DNA of 64,000 nucleotides from Malacoraja senta (taxonomy: Eukaryota). Every line of letters begins with the position of its first letter. Within the stretch, counting starts at the first letter, position 1. The notes beneath the pieces were generated by a model. The model saw only the letters and a list, made by a program, of their open reading frames with translations, was not told the origin of the DNA and searched no databases. Positions 13,063-26,152 of this stretch are shown one piece after another. Location: positions 3,038,001 to 3,102,000 of the forward strand of contig CM075991.1 of assembly GCA_038087875.1 (NCBI GenBank). The letters are read 5' to 3'. A program made the position numbers and the translations under genes.

Positions 13063-13832
13063 GTTTGGAGTTTCACCACCTCCAACGTGACCCCACCACT
13101 CGCCACATCTTCCCATCTCCCCCCATGTCTGCCTTCTGCAAAGACCGCTCCCTCCGTAACTCCCTTGTCAATTCTTCCCTTCCCTCCCATACCACCCCCT
13201 CCCCTGGTACTTTCCCTTGCAACCGCAAGAGATGCAACACTTGTCCCTTCACCTCCCCCCTCGACTCCATTCAAGGACCCAAGCAGTCGTTCCAGGTGCG
13301 ACAGAGGTTCACCTGCATCTCCTCCAACCTCATCTAATGCATCCGCTGCTCTAGATGCCAGCTGATCTACATCGGTGAGACCAAGCGGAGGCTTGGCGAT
13401 CGTTTCGCCGAACACCTCCGGTCGGTCCGCAATAACCAACCTGACCTCCCGGTGGCTCAGCACTTCAACTCCCCCTCCCATTCCGTATCTGACCTCTCTG
13501 TCCTGGGTCTCCTCCATGGCCACAGCGAGCAACACCGTCAATTGGAGGAAATGCACCTCATATTCCGCTTGGGCAGTCTACATCCTGGGGGCTTGAACAT
13601 TGAATTCTCCCAATTCTGCTAGCCCTTGCTGTCCCCTCCCCTTCATCAGCCATCTGGTTGTCTCCTCCCCTCCCCCAGCCCTCGGGCTCCTCCTCCGCCT
13701 TTTTCCTTTTTTCCTTTCTTCTCCCCACCCCCTATCAGTCTGAAGAAGGGTTTCAGCACGAAACGTTGCCTATTTCCTTCACTCCATAGATGCTGCTGCA
13801 CCCGCTGAGTTTCTCCAGCATTTGTGTGTACC
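13063..13832 (+). mobile_element. Young Penelope-like element, 5'-truncated (GIY-YIG region plus pLTR)
   Basis: Near-identical to about 49720-50483, with one premature stop. TSD ttacactaac at 13053-13062 and 13833-13842. Confidence 0.93.
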
Positions 13833-14299
13833 TTACACTAACCTAGATCCTTGTCCCTTGGGCTATTAGCTGCTCTGATAAGGAAAGTTGGTACATTCCA
13901 TTCTCCTTATTAAAATCTTATAATTTAATAACCCAATTAAACCTTCCCTTAGCTTCCATTGGTCCACAGAAAACATCCCCAACATTGCCAATCTGTTTAA
14001 TACTAACATACTCAAGCTCTGGTAACATACATTTCCTCTCACTTTCTGCAGTTCAAACATTACACTAATTGTGGGCTAAATTCGTGTTTTAACGGTTCTA
14101 ACCTGAACCTCTTTCTCTAGCATTCCGAAACTTATTTTTCACATTACCGACCTGCTACTTTTTGGAATCTGTGGACGTGTATCTTGGTTTTCTGGTGCAG
14201 AGTTAGTGTTATTGATTAACTGAAATATACAGCATGGAAGCAGGCCCTACGGCCCAGCGAGTCCATGCAGCCCATCCATCACCCATTCACGCTAGTTCT

Positions 14300-14532
14300 A
14301 TGTTATCTCACGTTCTCATCCATTTGCTACACACTAGGGGCAATTTGCAGAGGCAAACTAACCTACAAACCCGCACATCTTTGGGAAGTGGGAGGAAACT
14401 GGAGCACCCGGTAGAAACCCACTCAGTCACAGGGAGGACATGCATTCCCACCGACACCATCTCAGGTTACAATGGTCCCTGAGTCTCTGGAGCTGTGAGG
14501 CAGTAGCTCTACTAGCCTCACCGCCGTGCTAC
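14300..14532 (-). mobile_element. tRNA-derived SINE
   Basis: Reverse complement of the SINE consensus (ctgtgaggcagtagctctact...ccgccgtgctaccc). Confidence 0.75.
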
Positions 14533-14940
14533 CCCTATCTCTGTGTACCCTTTAGCATTATGTTCTTAAAAACTCATACGCTGTCCACATGATCGGATTT
14601 TATTACATTATTTTGTTTATATATCAGTATTTATGTATCTCTTTGCTCATTGAATCTTTGTTATTTATTGCCTCGGATGTCTTTTACTGCACTTTTATAC
14701 ATCTGTTTACAAGCCTGGTTACATCCGACTGCATTTACGATCACTTCTCCAAATTCTTCATCATACCAACTAATTTGATACAATATGTGTAAACAGAATT
14801 GAAACTAATAATGAGAAAGGCTGGACTTTGAATTACTGCATAATGATGAATTGGGTTGTCATTTTATAAAACACTTCATTGTTGTGCTGCCTTACGTATT
14901 TAATGGAACATTATTAATTTATTGGTTTTCACCAGTTGTA

Positions 14941-15240
14941 AGGCAGCACAGTGATAGAGTTGCTGCATTACAGCCCTAGAGAGCTGGGTTCGACCCTGAC
15001 TACGGGTGCTGTAGGTATGGGGTTTGTATGTTCTCCCTGTGACTGCACGAGTTTTCTCCAGGTGCACCGGTTTCCTCCCAAACTCCAAAGACGTACAAGT
15101 TTGTAGGTTAATTAACTTCGGTATAAGTTATAAAATTATCCCCAGTGTGTAGGATAGTGTTAGTGTACGCAGTGATCACTGTCGATGCAGACTTGGTGGG
15201 CCAAAGGGCCTGTTTCCCCGCTGTATCTCTGAAGACTAAA
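14941..15240 (+). mobile_element. tRNA-derived SINE
   Basis: gatagagttgctgc...gggttcgaccctgac B-box, shared body, and ctgtatctct tail. Confidence 0.8.
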
Positions 15241-16318
15241 GTAATGGGGTGAAGGCAGGAGAAAGGGGTTAGGAGGGTGAGATGGATCAGCCATGATTGA
15301 ATGGCAGAGTAGACCTGATGGGCCGAATGGCCTAATTCTACTCCTATCACTTATGACCTTATAAAGTCTTCAAAATGTAGAACAATATCCCAAGGAATTT
15401 CACAAAGGCATCATCAGTCAAAATGTGAGTCACCTCACCCCTTCAAGATGATAGGAAGGACTGATGATGAAATGGAAGTAAGTCCAAAGGAGCAGTTGGA
15501 AAGATCCCATGAAAGTTGGAATGGGAGGCAAAAAAGTTGAGGGAAAAGAATTCCAAAGCTCTCTAGCTGAAGGTCCTGCAGGCACAAGTGTACAATTCAA
15601 AAGTCTAGCTCAGCAAATGAGGCCGGATTTGTGGGATTGGAGGAGATTACATGAATGTGGAGTCGAGAAACAAAATAGGGTCTGATTATGTGGTGTACTT
15701 CCATGGCTGCTTCTCAAAGATACATGAGACATGAGGAACTGCAGATGCTGGAATCTTGAAAAAAAACACAAACATTTGGAGGAACTCAGCAGGTCAGGAA
15801 GCACCCGTGGAGGGAATGAGCAAGTACAGGACACAGGATGATTGGAATCACAGTCAGTTATCAGCTTTTCTCCTCCAAAGGTTCCCAGACTATTACAACC
15901 AAAGCCTCATCACTTGATAAATCAGCTGATCTTCTTTCCTACGCTTTGCAACATGTTGATTTCTTACAACAAGGATGTTGGACATATGCATTATTATATA
16001 ACCACCACACCTCTCCCTGTATGGTTGGTTGGCTTGTCTCTGCTGCAGCTGGAGTTGAATGACCACATTCCTTATTTGAAATAAACCATCTAAGTCTCCA
16101 GGCCGTAATTCTTCCTGTGGTGGAATAGCATTTAACTAATCATCCCTTGACTTGTGCATGAATGATGCAATTGGGAAAGGCACAAAGGGCAGTGAGAGGC
16201 AGCATTTTCAGGAATAAATTTACAAAGGGATTTCAGTGAGAAAGTGGGAAAAGGAAGTGAAAGTCCTCGTGCAGATATCTGTTAGTTATTAACATCTTTG
16301 TTTTCTCCTACTTCTCAG

Positions 16319-16475
16319 GTTGTTTCTGTGGTTTGGGGTTGATTTACTCGAATAAATCGTGCACAATGCCTCCAATAACCTTCCAGGATCTTCCGTTAAA
16401 TATCTACATGGTGATATTCGGCACAGGAATCTTTGTCTTTGTCCTGAGTCTGATTTTCTGCTGTTATTTTATCAG
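16319..16475 (+). CDS. RNF122: RING finger protein 122, coding exon 2 (transmembrane segment)
   Basis: ttctcag| acceptor and |gtaacc donor; 157 nt. Translates as (G)[51 protein letters not shown] plus AG (phase 2). Confidence 0.96.
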
Positions 16476-16589
16476 GTAACCCCCAGCCAAGTGTTTTTAC
16501 AATCTTCTCATATCATGTCAATCTGTGCAAATGAAGGTGTGGTTGGTTTTTTGCTTATGGTGTTATCATTGCACGTCACCATAGTTACA

Positions 16590-16730
16590 GAGGGGTGGGA
16601 GATTGCAACCTTCACCTGGTCCGCCCTGTTTCGACAAAAGCAATCAACCCGGTGTGCACAATCAAATAAGATCAAATAGAACAAGTTGTCCTACAACTTT
16701 AGGCTGTGCACGCCATACGCAAGAAGAAGG
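16590..16730 (+). mobile_element. Unclassified ~140-bp retroposon with (AAG)n tail
   Basis: TSD tagttaca at 16582-16589 and 16731-16738; ends in gcaagaagaagg. Confidence 0.6.
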
Positions 16731-16949
16731 TAGTTACATAGAATGTGTATCATATCCTAGTCTCTGAAGAATATGCTGAGTGCTAGTGTCTTATCTACTG
16801 TTCATGAAAGCCACCCTGAGACTGCCGAATTGGAAAGTGCTCATTTGTAGGACCCTTTGTCACTGTCCAAGATATTTTGCAGTTCACTGGTTTTAAACCT
16901 ACATGTCAGTGGTGAGATGCCAGCATCCGACTTTGTTAACTGCTGCCTC

Positions 16950-17267
16950 AGCCCTGCCCCACGGTGCGAGTTCATTCCAAATGCTCTCCCGAGTTTTAAA
17001 AAAATCAAACTCGTCGTAAGCACGGAGAATTAATGTAGCGGGCACGTCGGTGCTCGGGGACGTCTCTTAGCGCTAACGGCAGGTACCCGGGAAGACTCGC
17101 TAACGGCAGGTAAGCACGGGAAGACTCGTGAAGATTTTTCAACATGATGAAAAATGTCCACGAGAGCCCCGAGTACTGGCGAGTGGCCATTACCGTAAAT
17201 CTCCGAGTTCGAATCAGGGCAAACTCGGGAGAGCTCTTGGAATGAACTCGTACCGTGGGACGGGGTT
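16950..17267. mobile_element. Harbinger-like MITE
   Basis: ~45-bp terminal inverted repeats (TIRs): agccctgccccacggtgcgagttcattccaa.. / ..ttggaatgaactcgtaccgtgggacggggtt, followed by tta. Internal cgctaacggcaggta direct repeats. Confidence 0.7.
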
Positions 17268-18556
17268 TTATCAGATGCATTTGAGAAACAAGAAACTGCA
17301 GACGCTGACATCTTGAGAAAAACACACAGCACTTGAGGAACTCAATGGGTCAGGCACTATCTGTAGAGCAAGGGTTCCCAACCTGGGGTCAATTTCGCCC
17401 ACCCAGGGGGTAAGTTTGTTGATTCCGGATTTGTACATATTTTTTCTAATTGACTGTTTGGTTCTGGTTGTTCATAAGTAAGTGAAATAACATTGTTATG
17501 TACTACTAAAGTTGCCAGAGGTAAACGGGACGAAAAAGGTTGTGAGGGAATGGACAGGGGACGTTTCAGGTCAGGACCCTTCTTCACACAAATTCAATCT
17601 GAAGAAGGGTTCCAACCCGAAACATAGCTTGTCCATTCCCTCCCCCGATGCTGCCTGACCCGTTGAGTTCCTCCAGCATGCTTTTTATCATTTGCATTAC
17701 TTCCCCTGCCAGTCTTTCATACTCTCTCTTAAAGGAGTCTGTGCTGTTCTTGAGCATCATCTGTGCCTGCTCTTTATGGCTCTGACTGTTTCTGAAAGTG
17801 TTACTTTGACCCCACGAGGTTAGATAACAATGCAGCTCCCCAAGGCATGCGATATTTATAACTAGAAGTTAACCAATGCAGAGAAACCCAGCACTTGGAT
17901 GGCAGGAAGCGACCATTGTGTTTATAAAGGCTGTATTGACACTGCTGTTAACTTGCTGGCTGCTGTGTGGAACCAGGAGGAGACATTCTGCCAAACTGTG
18001 ATTCGAATGACTTCCCTTGCAGGTCTTTCCTGTGCTCTCCCTGTAGAAGCTTGTGATATTCTTGGTCATCGTCTATGCATGGTCTACATGGCTGGGGCAC
18101 TTTAACTGTTCCTGACAGTTGTACTCCATGATGAGGTTAAACAACACAGCTCCCAAAGGCAGGTGATATTTATATCCAGAAGGCAGCCAAGCAGGAAACT
18201 GTCATTGTATTTATACGGGCTGTACTGACAGCTGCTGTTAACTTGCTGAATGTTGTGTGGCACCTGGACGAGGTGGCATGTGTGACGAAATAATAGGGAC
18301 AGGATCGCGTCACTTTTCCATGAGGAATTGTTCGTAAATTAATTCAATCACGTTCACAGTGCTTGCACTGGGACAGAACCATCCCATAGGACAAAATGCT
18401 GGAGTTAGAGGGACTCAGAGGGACAAGCAGCATCTCCGGATAGATGATTTGGATAGATAGTCTATCTGTTATCCTGTAGGTTGATGTCATTGCCAACATA
18501 TTTCAAGGTGTTTCGCATCGAGGAAGGCAGGTTGACAACGTTGCAGAAGAAGATAT

Positions 18557-18975
18557 ATAGAGTTTAGAAGAATGAGAGGGGATCTTATTGAAACATACAA
18601 GATTGTTAAGGGTTTGGACACGCTAGAGGCAGGAAACATGTTCCCGATGTTGGGGGAGTCCAGAACCAGGGCCCACAGTTTAAGAATAAGGGGTAAGCCA
18701 TTTAGAACGGAGATGAGGAAATACTTTTTCTCACAGAGAGTTGTGAGTCTGTGGAATTCTCTGCCACAGAGGGCGGTGGAGGCAGGTTCTCTGGATACTT
18801 TCAAGAGAGAGCTAGACGGGCTCTTAAAGATAGTGGAGTCGGGCGATATGGGGAGGAGGCAGGAACGGGGTACTGATTGTGGATGATCAGCCATGATCAC
18901 ATTGAATGGCGGTGCTGGCTCGAAGGGCCGAATGGCCTATTCCTGCACCTATTGTCTATTGTCTATTGTCTATTG
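18557..18975 (+). mobile_element. CR1 LINE 3' fragment
   Basis: Encodes MRGDLIETYKIVKGLD...FFSQRVVSLWNSLP; (tattgtc)n tail. Confidence 0.9.
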
Positions 18976-19817
18976 TGGCATTCTTGTGTTTGTAAAGTAG
19001 AATTTAAATCTCAAAAGCAAAACAATATATTAATAAATTAAGAATTTTAACCAATGCTGGGATTCAACACCTTGCCCCAGGTCAAACCACATCGGTTAAT
19101 TTAAGACAAGATTTTGATGCAGCGTTGATAGAGCTCAAGAGACAGAAGTGTCAGCACTTAAATGACATTTACTATGAGATGGACATAAGGGTGGAATTAT
19201 TTCAAAGATATATACTAGGTGTGCTAGCTGATATTTATGCCTCAACAAACATTAATAATATAGAGTATTGGGCCATCTTGGTGCCTTTCATTGGTTCAAT
19301 TGTGCATTAGGTGTCGCATGTGCAACAACGCAGTTGCATATTTTGGTCATTCTTTGGAAAGTGAACCAAAATGTCACACACGTTACCAAATGGCATCACA
19401 TAAAGTAATACATTAAAAAGTACTTGGAGGAGATTAATCTTATCCGTTACTATTTTCCTGCCTACAGCACCATAATGCATGTCTGCTAAAGATATGAACA
19501 TTCTAGCTTTTTAATAGACAATAGGTGCAGGGGTAGGTCATTCGGCCCTTCGAACCAGCATCACCAGAATTCACAGGAGTTTGTAAGGTAAAACTGAGTT
19601 ATGAAAACATTGTTTCCGTGTGAGGCAACACACATGACCAGTCATATATGACCTCTGACCCAAAACAAACATTGTCAGCATAACATAAATATTTCACTTG
19701 ATAAACTTCGAAAACAATATGAATCATAGATACAGCACAAAACAATATACCTGTAGTGCTTTCAGAATTAGAAGAGATGTATTCCACAGTTTTTCATATT
19801 TTCGGTCACACAAATAT

Positions 19818-21171
19818 ATATATTTTTTAATTATTTTTATCAGAAGTACGGTAAATGACAGTAATACACAACACTTATATCTTAATACATTTTTTATACC
19901 GCTTCATTTTTTTGAGCTTTAAGAGAAAGATAGAAGTAAGAAAAGTAAAGAAAGTGCGCAAGAGTCGTGAAGTGCAAGAGAGTGTTGGGAAAAGAAAGCC
20001 CCTTAGAAAAGAAGTTAGAGAAGGAAGTAAAGTAAGAAAGTAGGCCCTAGAAAAGAAAGAAAAAGAAAGTAGGGACAATCGCAGAAAGGGAACCACCAAC
20101 CAAGTCTGTTTTTGTTGTTTTACCTCCCATTACCAGGTCCTGATACCATTTCTTTATTTCTTTATTTTTTAAATTACTATTGCACCTCATGCTTGTAATA
20201 GGTCCAGAAACGTAGACCACGTCTTTTGGAATTGGTCTGCTTTACCTGCTAAGAGGAATCTCATCTCTTCCAGATGTAATGTTTCAAACATATTTGATGT
20301 CCACATTTTTATTGTTGGTGTGGGCGCATTTTTCCAGAATTTAAGTATGAGCTTTTTTCCCATTATTGCCCCGTAATTGAATAAATTCTTCTGATACACG
20401 TTTAATTCAGGGATATCTTCCGATATTCCAAAAATGATCCATTCTGGTTTTGGTACCAGTTTTAATTTAATTAATTTTGAAAAAATATCAAATATTTCAT
20501 ACCAGAATTTTTGGATTTTTGTACAAAAAACAAAAGAATGCGCTATGGTAGCTTCTTGACATAGACATTTATCACAGATTGGTGAAACATTAGGAAAGAT
20601 TTTATTTAATTTAGTTTTTGAATAATATAGTCTATGTAATGTTTTGAATTGGATGAGCGTATGTCGTACGTTGATCGAACATTTATGCACCTGTAGTAAA
20701 TGGTTATCCCAGCTCTCTTTTGAAATTTTTATAGCTAATTCTTGTTCCCAGTCTCTTCTAATTCCATCTGTTGTGGGTATTTCTATGTTTAAAATTATAT
20801 TATATAAGTACGATATTAGATTAGCTGATTCCGCCTTTGTCTTCATTGCTTCATCTAGTAAGTCGGAAGGCATATTATGATAGTCTTTTGTGTATTTTTT
20901 CAGATAATCACGAATTTGTAGATATTTAAAATATTGGTTATTTTTCAAATTATATTTCAGTTGTAGTTGTTGAAATGATAGTAATTTTCCCAATTCATAC
21001 AGATCTTCGAGCGTTTTGATTCCCATTCTTTCCCATTGTATAAATGATTTGTCTATGGTTGAAGGTTTAAACGATGGGTTATTAACTATTGGTATTGAGA
21101 GAGATAGGTTTCTTAATTTTAGATTCTGTTTTATTTGTTTCCATGTTCTAATTGTGCTATATATAATTGTT
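19818..21171 (-). mobile_element. L1-clade LINE, 5'-truncated, with 14-bp TSD
   Basis: ORF 20187-21026 carries the L1 ORF2 C-terminal zinc knuckle (CDKC..ATIAHSFVFC); A/T-rich tail. TSD ggtcacacaaatat at 19804-19817 and 21172-21185. Confidence 0.92.
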
Positions 21172-21291
21172 GGTCACACAAATATGACTAAGAATGGGCG
21201 CACCATTTCCAAATCTGGTCTGCCCGTGCATGCGCTTGGTTTAATGGAGCAGTTCCCGATCTAGGAAAGCCCCAGGCTCCTGCAGGGCTCT

Positions 21292-24200
21292 CATAGAAAC
21301 ATAGAAACATAGAAATTAGGTGCAGGAGTAGGCCATTCGGCCCTTCGAGCCTGCACCGCCATTCAATATGATCATGGCTGATCATCCAACTCAGTATCTC
21401 GTACCTGCCTTCTCTCCATACCCTCTGATCCCTTTAGCCACAAGGGCCACATCTAACTCCCTCTTAAATATAGCCAATGAACTGGCCTCGACTACCCTCT
21501 GTGGCAGAGAGTTCCAGAGATTCACCACTCTCTGTGTGAAAAAAGTTCTTCTCATCTCGGTTTTAAAGGATTTCCCCCTTATCCTTAAGCTGTGACCCCT
21601 TGTCCTGGACATCCCCAACATCGGGAGCAATCTTCCTGCATCTAGCCTGTCCAACCCCTTAAGAATTTTGTACGTTTCTATAAGATCCCCTCTCAATCTC
21701 CTAAATTCTAGAGAGTATAAACCAAGTCTATCCAGTCTTTCTTCATAAGACAGTCCTGACATCCCAGGAATCAGTCTGGTGAACCTTCTCTGCATTCCCT
21801 CTATGGCAATAAAGTCCTTCCTCAGATTTGGAGACCAAAACTGTACGCAATACTCCAGGTGTGGTCTCATCAAGACCCTGTACAACTGCAGTAGAACCTC
21901 CCTGCTCCTATACTCAAATCCTTTTGCTATGAAAGCTAACATACCATTCGCTTTCTTCACTGCCTGCTGCACCTGCATGCCTACTTTCAATGACTGGTGT
22001 ACCATGACACCCAGGTCTCGCTGCATCTCCCCTTTTCCTAGTCGGCCACCATTTAGATAATAGTCTGCTTTCCTGTTTTTGCCACCAAAATGGATAACCT
22101 CACATTTATCCACATTATACTGCATCTGCCAAACATTTGCCCACTCACCCAGCCTATCCAAGTCACCTTGCAGTCTCCTAGCATCCTCCTCACAGCTAAC
22201 ACTGCCCCCCAGCTTAGTATCATCCGCAAACTTGGAGATATTGCCTTCAATTCCTTCATCCAGATCATTAATATATATTGTAAATAGCTGGGGTCCCAGC
22301 AGTGAGCCATGCGGTACCCCACTAGTCACTGCCTGCCATTGTGAAAAGGACCCGTTTACTCCTACTCTTTGCTTCCTGTTTGCCAGCCAGTTCTCTATCC
22401 ACATCAATACTGACCCCCCAATGCCATGTGCTTTAAGTTTGTATACTAATCTCTTATGTGGGACCTTGTCGAAAGCCTTCTGGAAGTCCAGATACACCAC
22501 ATCCACTGGTTCTCCCCTATCCACGCTACTAGTTACATCCTCGAAAAATTCTATAAGATTCGTCAGACATGATTTACCTTTCGTAAATCCATGCTGACTT
22601 TGTCCAATGATTTCACCACTTTCCATCTTTAATAACTGACTCTAGCTGTTTCCCCACTACCGATGTTAGACTAACTGGTCTGTAATTCCCCGTTTTCTCT
22701 CTCCCTCCCTTCTTAAAAAGTGGGGTTACGTTTGCTACACGCCAATCCTCAGGAACTACTCCAGAATCTAAAGAGTTTTGAAAGATTATTACTAATGCAT
22801 CCACTATTTCTGGAGCAACTTCCTTAAGTACTCTGGGATGCAGCCTATCAGGCCCTGGGGATTTATCGGCCTTTAATCCATTCAATTTACCCAACACCAC
22901 TTACCGACTAACCTGGATTTCACTCAATTCCTCCAACTCCTTTGACCCGCGGTCCCCTGCTATTTCCGGCAGATTATTTATGTCTTCCTTAGTGAAGACG
23001 GAACCAAAGTAGTTATTCAATTGGTCCGCCATATCCTTGTTCCCCATGATCAACTCACCTGTTTCTGACTGCAAGGGACCTACATTTGTTTTAACTAATC
23101 TCTTTCTTTTCACATATCTATAAAAACGTTTGCAGTCAGTTTTTATGTTCCCTGCCAGTTTTGTTTCATAATCTATTTTTCCTTTCCTAATTAAGCCCTT
23201 TGTCCTCCTCTGCTGGTCTCTGAATTTCTCCCAGTCCTCCGGTATGCTGCTTTTTCTGGCTAATTTGTACGCATCATCCTTCGCTTTGATGCCATCCCTG
23301 ATTTCCCTTGTTATCCACGGATGCACTACCTTCCCTGATTTATTCTTTTGCCAAACTGGGATGAACAATTTTTGTAGTTCATCCATGCAGTCTTTAAATG
23401 TCTTCCATTGCATATCCACCGTCAACCCTTTTAGAATTAATTGCCAGTCAATCTTGGCCAATTCATGTCTCATACCCTCAAAGTTACCTTTCTTTAAGTT
23501 CAGAACCATTGTTTCTGAATTAACAATGTCACTCTCCATCCTAATGAAGAACTCAACCATATTATGGTCACTCTTGCCCAAGGGGGCACGTACAACAAGA
23601 CTGCTAACTAACCCTTCCTCATTACTCAATACCCAGTCTAAAATAGCCTGCTCTCTCATTGGTTCCTCTACATGTTGATTTAGATAACTATCCCGCATAC
23701 GTTCCAAGAAATCCTCTTCCTCAGCACCCCTGCCAATTTGATTCACCCAATCTATATGTAGATTGAAGTCACCCATTATAACTGTTTTGCCTTTGTCGCA
23801 CGCATTTCTAATTTCCTGTTTGATACCATCTCCAACTTCACTACTACTGTTAGGTGGCCTGTACACAACACCCACCAGCGTTTTCTGCCCCTTAGTGTTT
23901 CGCAGCTCTACCCATACCGATTCCACATCCTCGAAACTAATGTCCTTCCTTTCCATTGCGTTAATCTCCTCTCTAATCAGCAACGCTACCCCACCTCCTT
24001 TTCCTTTCTCTCTATCCCTCCTGAATATTGAATATCCCTGGATGTTCAGCTCCCAGCCTTGGTCACCCTGGAGCCATGTCTCCGTGATCCCAACTATATC
24101 ATAGTTATTAATAGCTATCTGCACATTCAACTCATCCACCTTATTACGAATTCTCCTTGCATTGAGACACAAAGCCTTCAGGCTTGTTTTTACAACACCC

Positions 24201-24338
24201 TTACCCCTTATACAATTATGTTGAAAAGTGGCCCTTTTTGATTTTTGCCCTGGTTTTGTCTGCCTGCCACTTTTACTTTTCACCTTGCTACCTATTGCTT
24301 CTACCCTCATTTTACACCCCTCTGTCTCTACGCTCACC
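21292..24338 (-). mobile_element. Young CR1 LINE with near-complete ORF2 (APE endonuclease + RT), disrupted
   Basis: ORFs 22901-24379 (GITETWL, MGDFN, SDHN), 22613-22900 and 21391-22626 (LDFQKAFDKV, FADD). One nonsense codon at 22901-22903 and a small deletion/frameshift near 22620. (tttctatg)n tail. Confidence 0.95.
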
Positions 24339-25151
24339 TTCGGCCAGATCGGCCCACTAACCGACGTCTCTCTCCTCACCCGGCCATTCTTGTATCCCTT
24401 GGACTCTGGAGCAAGGGAGTTTGCACGTTAGCTGCCATGTTTGCTACATTGCAACACTGACTACACTTCCAAAAAAACACCGAGTTGACTGTCCATTTTG
24501 GAGAGTCACACAGTGATAACAATTATTGTATAATTCCTACTTTTATCCAGAATTTGAATTTTATAGGTGAGGGTTTACTTTGAAATACCAGATACAAAAA
24601 TCATGTACCTGATATATCAAGAAGTTCAATTTTATGCACAATGTAGGTCTCCAAAAGAGACTTTCCAAAAGGTCTCACAGATGTTAAGGAGTACAAGAGA
24701 CAATTGGAGACCATGGATTGGAGCTTTCAGTTTTGAGTACTGTAGAAAGTCTGGAATGCAGAGGAACTCTAATCGAAGCGTTCAAAATTAGTGTGTGTTC
24801 ATAAGTAAATGTTTTCCAGCCGCATTTAGTTAGTAATAATCAGAGATTGACTGTCTGATAAAAAGAACACTTTTTCCACATATGGTCGAGGTGGAACTAT
24901 CCAAAATAGTGCTAAAAGTGGAATCCAAAGTGGTGTTTGGACGATGTGGGCAGCTGAAGAGGCAAAATGGAATCAAGTGTAGAACAGGTCAGATAACGTG
25001 GAGTCCATTTCCAAGACATGACCCAAACAGGAGTTGAATAGTCTTCCTCCACAACTCACTCATCCTTTACACAGCAACGGCACAGTGCCTCTAATGTAAT
25101 GGAATTATCGGCTGCACTGCAGCACCATATCCAATGTTTGCTACCAATTGT

Positions 25152-25450
25152 GGGCAGCACGATGGTGCAGCGGTAGAGTTGCTGCCTTAGAGCACCGGAG
25201 ACCCGGGTTCGATCCTGACTACCGGTGCTTGTCTGTACTGAGTCTCTACGTTCTCCCCGTGACTGCGATGGTTTTATCCGAGATCTTCGATTTCCTCCCA
25301 CACACCAAAGGCATGCAGGTTTGTAGGTTAATTGTAAATTGTCCCTAGTGTGTGTGGGATAGTGTTAATGTGCTGTGATCGCTGGTCGGTGCAGACTCTG
25401 TGGGACGAAGGGCTTGTTTCCAGGCTGTATCTCTAAACTAAACTAAACTA
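25152..25450 (+). mobile_element. tRNA-derived SINE
   Basis: A box tggtgcagcggtagag, B box gggttcgatcc, (taaac)n tail. Confidence 0.85.
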
Positions 25451-26152
25451 TTTCAAAGAAAAAATACTGGGAACAATAGCTAAATCCATGGGCAGGTGGA
25501 TATTAATCATGCAAAGCTGTGGAGTAATTCAGCATGAAAACAGGCCCTTCAGCCTGATTTGGTCCAAGAGGTTTAGGAAGGAAATTTTGGAGAGGTTAGG
25601 CACAGGCAGCTGCGGACAGCGGAGTGATTAAAAGGATGATGCTCGGGAAGCTAGAACCGGGGGGACACAGGAACCTTTGAGGCTTGTATGCCTGAAAGAA
25701 TTTGCAGAAATGGAGAGATTGTAACTCAATATTTTTCTCTCGTCTCCATAAGCAGAGATTTGGTGCAGGTATTTACATCAAATTAGTTTTTGCCCGAATG
25801 TCTAGAAAATAGGCAGAGGATGGGCACAAGTGAGGGCCTGAGAAAATCAGTGGGAGTGCTTCAAGTTAGGTGCCGGATCTAGAATGATTCATTCAATCTC
25901 ACAACTTGTATCTCGGGGAGCAAAGCACAAAGTACTGGAGCAACTCAGTGGGTCAGGCAACATCTCTGGAGGAAACAGATAGTTTGGGGTCGTTTTGGGT
26001 CGGGACCCTTCTTTAGAGTGCAAGACAATCTTAAACCTTGGGAGATAGCCATATGCTGGTAATCCTACTGCACCTTGCGTATAGAGTCGTACAGTATGGA
26101 ACTCGTCCATGCAGGCCAAGATGCCTCATTTACTTTAATCACATTTGGCCCA

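Noticed and set aside
16359..16679. 106-aa ORF overlapping RNF122 exon 2
   Set aside because: It is in a different frame from the conserved RNF122 reading frame and runs into the intron.
25152..25230. tRNA genes at SINE heads (also 14941, 32247, 39279)
   Set aside because: A/B boxes are followed by SINE body and tail, with no complete cloverleaf.
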